From Squalus acanthias (taxonomy: Eukaryota), in assembly GCA_030390025.1 (NCBI GenBank), contig CM059431.1:117554001-117618000 (forward strand): DNA of 64,000 bases. Direction: 5' to 3'. This document shows positions 60,193 through 64,000 of this stretch, piece after piece; the stretch's first letter is position 1; each line of letters opens with the position of its first letter. The notes under the pieces were generated by a model. The model was not told the DNA's origin. It made no database searches and saw nothing but the letters and a program-made list of their open reading frames with translations. Made by a program: the position numbers and the translations under genes.

Positions 60193-61620
60193 CATCCACC
60201 TTATTACGAATGCTACTCGCATTAAGACACAAAGCCTTCAGGCTTGTTTTTTCAACACTCTTAGTCCTTTTAGAATTATTGTTTACTGTGGCCATGTTTG
60301 ATTTACACCCTTGATTTCTCTGCCTTCCACTTTTGCTTTTCTCCTTCCTGTCTTTTGCTTCTATCCTTGCTTCCCTTCCCTCTGTCTCCCTGCACAGGTT
60401 CCCAACCCCCTGCCATTTTAGTTTAAACCCTCCCCAACAGCACAAGCAAACACTCCCCCTAGGACATCGGTCCCGCTCCTGCCCAGTTGCAAACCATCCA
60501 GTTTGTACTGGTCCCACCTCCCCCAGAACCGGTTCCAATGTCCCAGGAATTTGAATCCCTCCCCCTTGCATCATTCTTCTAGCCACGTATTCATCTGAAA
60601 TATCCTTCTATTTCTACTCTGACTAGTACGTGGCACTGGTAGCAATCCTGAGATTACTACCTTTGAGGTCCTATTTTTTAATTTAGCTCCTAACTCCCTA
60701 TATTCAGCTTTTAGGACCTCATCCCATTTTTTACCTATATCGTTGGTACCTATATGCACCACGACAACTGGCTGTTCACGATTCCCCTCCAGAATGCCCT
60801 GCAGCTGCTCCGAGACATCCTTGACCCTTGCACCAGGGAGGCAACATACCATCCTGGAGTCTCATTTGCGGCTGCAGAAACGCCTATCTATTCCCCTTAC
60901 AATAGGATCCCCTATCACTATAGCTCTCCCGCTCTTTGTCCTCCCGTCCTGTGCAGCAGAACCACCCATGGTGCCAGGAAGTTGGTTGCTGCTGCCTTCC
61001 CCCGATAAGCCATCCCCCTCAACAATATCCAAAGTGGTATATCTTTTTGAGAGGGGGATGGCCACAGGGGACCCCTGCACTACCTGCCTGCGCCTACTAC
61101 TCTGCCTGGCGGTCACTCATTCCCTTCCTGCCTGTGCAGCCTTTACCTGCGGTGTGACCAACTCATTAAACGTGATATCCATGATGTCCTCAGCATTGCG
61201 AATGCTCCAGTATGGATCCATTCGCAGCTCCAGCGCCGCAATGCGTTCTGCCAGTAGCTGCAGCTGGATACACTTCCCACACACATGGTCATCAGGGACA
61301 CAGGAAGTGTCCCTGATTTCCCACATAGTGCAGGAGGAGCATGCCACGGGGCTGAGATGTGCTGCCATGACTTACCCTTTAATTAATTTAAATTAAATTA
61401 AATCAAATGAATACCACAAATTACACTACAATTAAATGATATTTGTTTACTAGCACTCCCCGCTACACAACTGAGACCTTAGAAACTATAACCACAAAAT
61501 TAAGACCTTCTAAACTTTATAAACTACTAGCCTTAACTGTCAAACTATAGAGTAGTATAAATACTCACCTGGCCGTAATCACCCAATCAGCTGCTTCCTC
61601 TTGCCCGCATCACTTTTTGA
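60193..61620 (-). mobile_element. CR1 5' part (ORF1 pseudogene and start of ORF2)
   Basis: CSSCTMWE...CGKC, IVIGD, CCLPGARV, HIGTND with stops; LCLNASSIRNKV. Confidence 0.88.
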
Positions 61621-62098
61621 ATCGTGACGTGGCTCTGGAACGCCGCTGCCGGTCTGTGAGATTGGTAAGCCTCTGAAAAAAGCCCGCAAAAGTGAGTTTA
61701 AATACTCACTGTACTGTCGCTCTCTCCGCTTCCGACACCGGCCTTCAATCCTCCTAACCAATCCCTGACTGCATTCCTGACCTCCGCAACGGTACTCCCG
61801 ATCTCCCTACTCAATTCCCCACCGAACCCCAATCTTGGGACTTGATTTTAATTCCCGAGGCGGGTTGGAGTCGGGTTACGTGGTGGGCGGGTTCGGGAGC
61901 CGCTTCTGGCGGGAACAGCTGCAGAGTTGGGAGTTTTATTAAAGTACCTTGTTAATTTCATGGAGCGCGCTGGCCGGTCCAATGAGTGGGATCGGGTCAG
62001 CTGGCCGCCTCTGATGACGTCACAATAGCAGCTGCTTTTAAAGCTGCCTTCCAGCCTGAGCATTTCCATTGTGGTTCCCAGCACTTGTTTTCAAAGCT

Positions 62099-63926
62099 AT
62101 GACTTCTTCCAGAGGCAAGGCAGCTCCTTGGTTTAAGGATGAGTCCCTGCAAGTTCTTGTTGATGCTGTCAGATGGCGCAGGGAGATTCTCTTCCCTCCT
62201 GATGGCCGGAGGAAGCCTCCTCAGCAGACCAAGGCAGCCTGGCTGCGCATTGCTCAGGAGGTGAGCGCAAGGTCCATTTATGCACGGTCATGGACCCAGT
62301 GCCAAAAAAGGTTTAATGATCTTGTGAGAACATCAAAAGTGAGTATCCCATCTCACTTTGTCTTCACTCTGCTTCCCTTCTCTACTCATCACCTGCACTC
62401 TGCTTTGGAAGCCTCCTCCTTCACATCCCACCTTACTTTTACTTCATTTGCACCCTTTCCTATCCATCTCTGTCTCTGCACTGAATCATTTCAGCATCTT
62501 GCCTATGCACCCCTTAGACTCGCTCTCACTGTCATCCAGTGACAACAACTAACAACGCACAGGGAGCTACCTTCCTATTGTCACCTTACCCCATCTTTGT
62601 TTCACTCAAAGCTTCTAAGATCGGGATTAATCACACTCTCTCCATCACTGTGGCTGAAACACCGCCTGTGTCCTCCTTTCAGGAAAAGATAGCCCACCAT
62701 AAGAGGGAGAGAGCAATGACTGGAGGAGGAACAGCTTCCCTTGCAACATTGACCAGTGCTGAGGAGGCAGCAAACAAGATTGTTGGAGATGGCGAGGACC
62801 TGGAAGTGGGCGATGGAGAGATGGGCACACTAGAGGAAGATGGTGATATAATAGAGTTTCATCCCTCTCAAAAAGCAATGCAATATGATGTTCATAGAGA
62901 ATCGCTTTGTATCATCTGCTCAAAAGGATGTGTCTGCTACATCAATATCAGATGTCTAATTCAAGCCTTTACTCCCCCACAGGACCAGCGAGCACCCCCC
63001 TCCCCACGTTCCAGGATGAAGACCCGGACATCTCCTCAGAGGAACCTGAAGCCTCTGAGGGAGCAGTGTCACCAGGACTCAGTGCACCCAGCACCAGCAA
63101 AACAACGCACACCTCAGAGGGGCCATCGTGAGTTAGAGTAGTGTTGCCATCTAGTCTATCACAGCGCACAAGGGAGCATCAGCAGATGGTGGAGACACCG
63201 ACAGCAGTGGAGAGTCCTTGGTGGAGGTCGCAGGACTCTCCTAGCTCTGTTGAGCTGCATGCAGATGCTGTGCCTCTGGGGCCATCCAGAAAAAGAGCGG
63301 TTTGTGAAATACAGGAACAAGTGCAGGTGTCTCTGGAAGGGTTTGCCTTCAGGGTTAGTGCGAGTGTAGAGAGAATGGAGGAGTCCATCTCTAATATCAG
63401 CACTGTCATGGTGGAGGCAATGGCGCATGAACGCACCACAATGGATAGGATGGCAACCTCCGTGGAAAGGATGGCTACCTCAGTGGAAAGGATGGCTATG
63501 GCCATGGAGGAAATAAGTCACCAGAGTCAGGAAAACATGGTGACTGTTCAGAATAGACTGACATCTCTGGAGGAGCAATGGGCAGCTATTGAGCAGAGAG
63601 ACCAGAGCTTCATGAACGTCCTTTTGAGGAGGACTACCAGTGCAGATACGGGTCCTCATGGCCCCCCTGAAGTGCAGCAAGGTGCTCTCTTGCCACTTGC
63701 TAGCACTGATGTGCGGCTGACCCATGAGAGGAATGTTGTTGGCAGGACAGAAGGAAGTGCGGGCTCCTCTCAAAGCGCTCGCACGATCATTCCACTACAG
63801 AGCCCTCGGTCAGAGACCCACTTTGCAGAGACAACTGAGATGGCCGTTTCAGCCCCTGCACAGCCGCAGGAACAGCAGACTGTTGAAGGCTCCCAAACCC
63901 AGAGGATGTCTGCTAAAGGCATCTAA
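62099..63926 (+). pseudogene. Harbinger Myb/SANT gene (exons 62099-62338, 62683-62842, 62983 onward) in an element starting about 61837 and running off the window
   Basis: APWFKDESLQVLV...AAWLRIAQEV...RSWTQCQKRFNDL; GT-AG introns join in frame; nonsense codon at 63129-63131. Confidence 0.8.
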
Positions 63927-64000
63927 GGAGCAGCATCCTAGTCAGCAAGGTGCCTCTACATCTGCTGAAGTCACAGGGGAAGCACCATGTGGAAGCACAC

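Overview
Repeat-dense vertebrate DNA. The repeat families (DeuSINE/SacSINE1-like SINE, esterase-ORF1 CR1, L2, many Harbinger elements) suggest a cartilaginous fish. No host gene is confidently recognisable. The main feature is a young, CpG-rich, minus-strand LTR provirus at 1-7768. It has a 1682-bp 5' LTR, a perfect 18-nt tRNA-Arg(UCG) primer-binding site overlapping the gag ATG, and an intact 603-aa Gag (coiled coil, PSAP/PPSY late motifs, MHR-like motif, CCHC knuckle). Gag ends in a CAA-UGA-CUAG readthrough signal, but the in-frame downstream ORF is a 393-codon coiled-coil/acidic-Trp/Pro-rich protein, not Pol. An env follows, with a signal peptide, a possible Ig-like N-terminal domain and a paramyxo/pneumovirus-F-like fusion subunit, split by one extra nucleotide. 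No protease, RT or integrase is present, so this looks like a pol-less, enveloped, lokiretrovirus-like satellite element. The rest of the window holds at least five degenerate two-gene Harbinger transposons, their MITEs (several with an AACAC-NNN target preference), hAT-like MITEs with 8-bp TSDs, a near full-length CR1, an L2, a solo LTR and two templated inverted duplications. All family assignments are from motif recognition; no searches were run.
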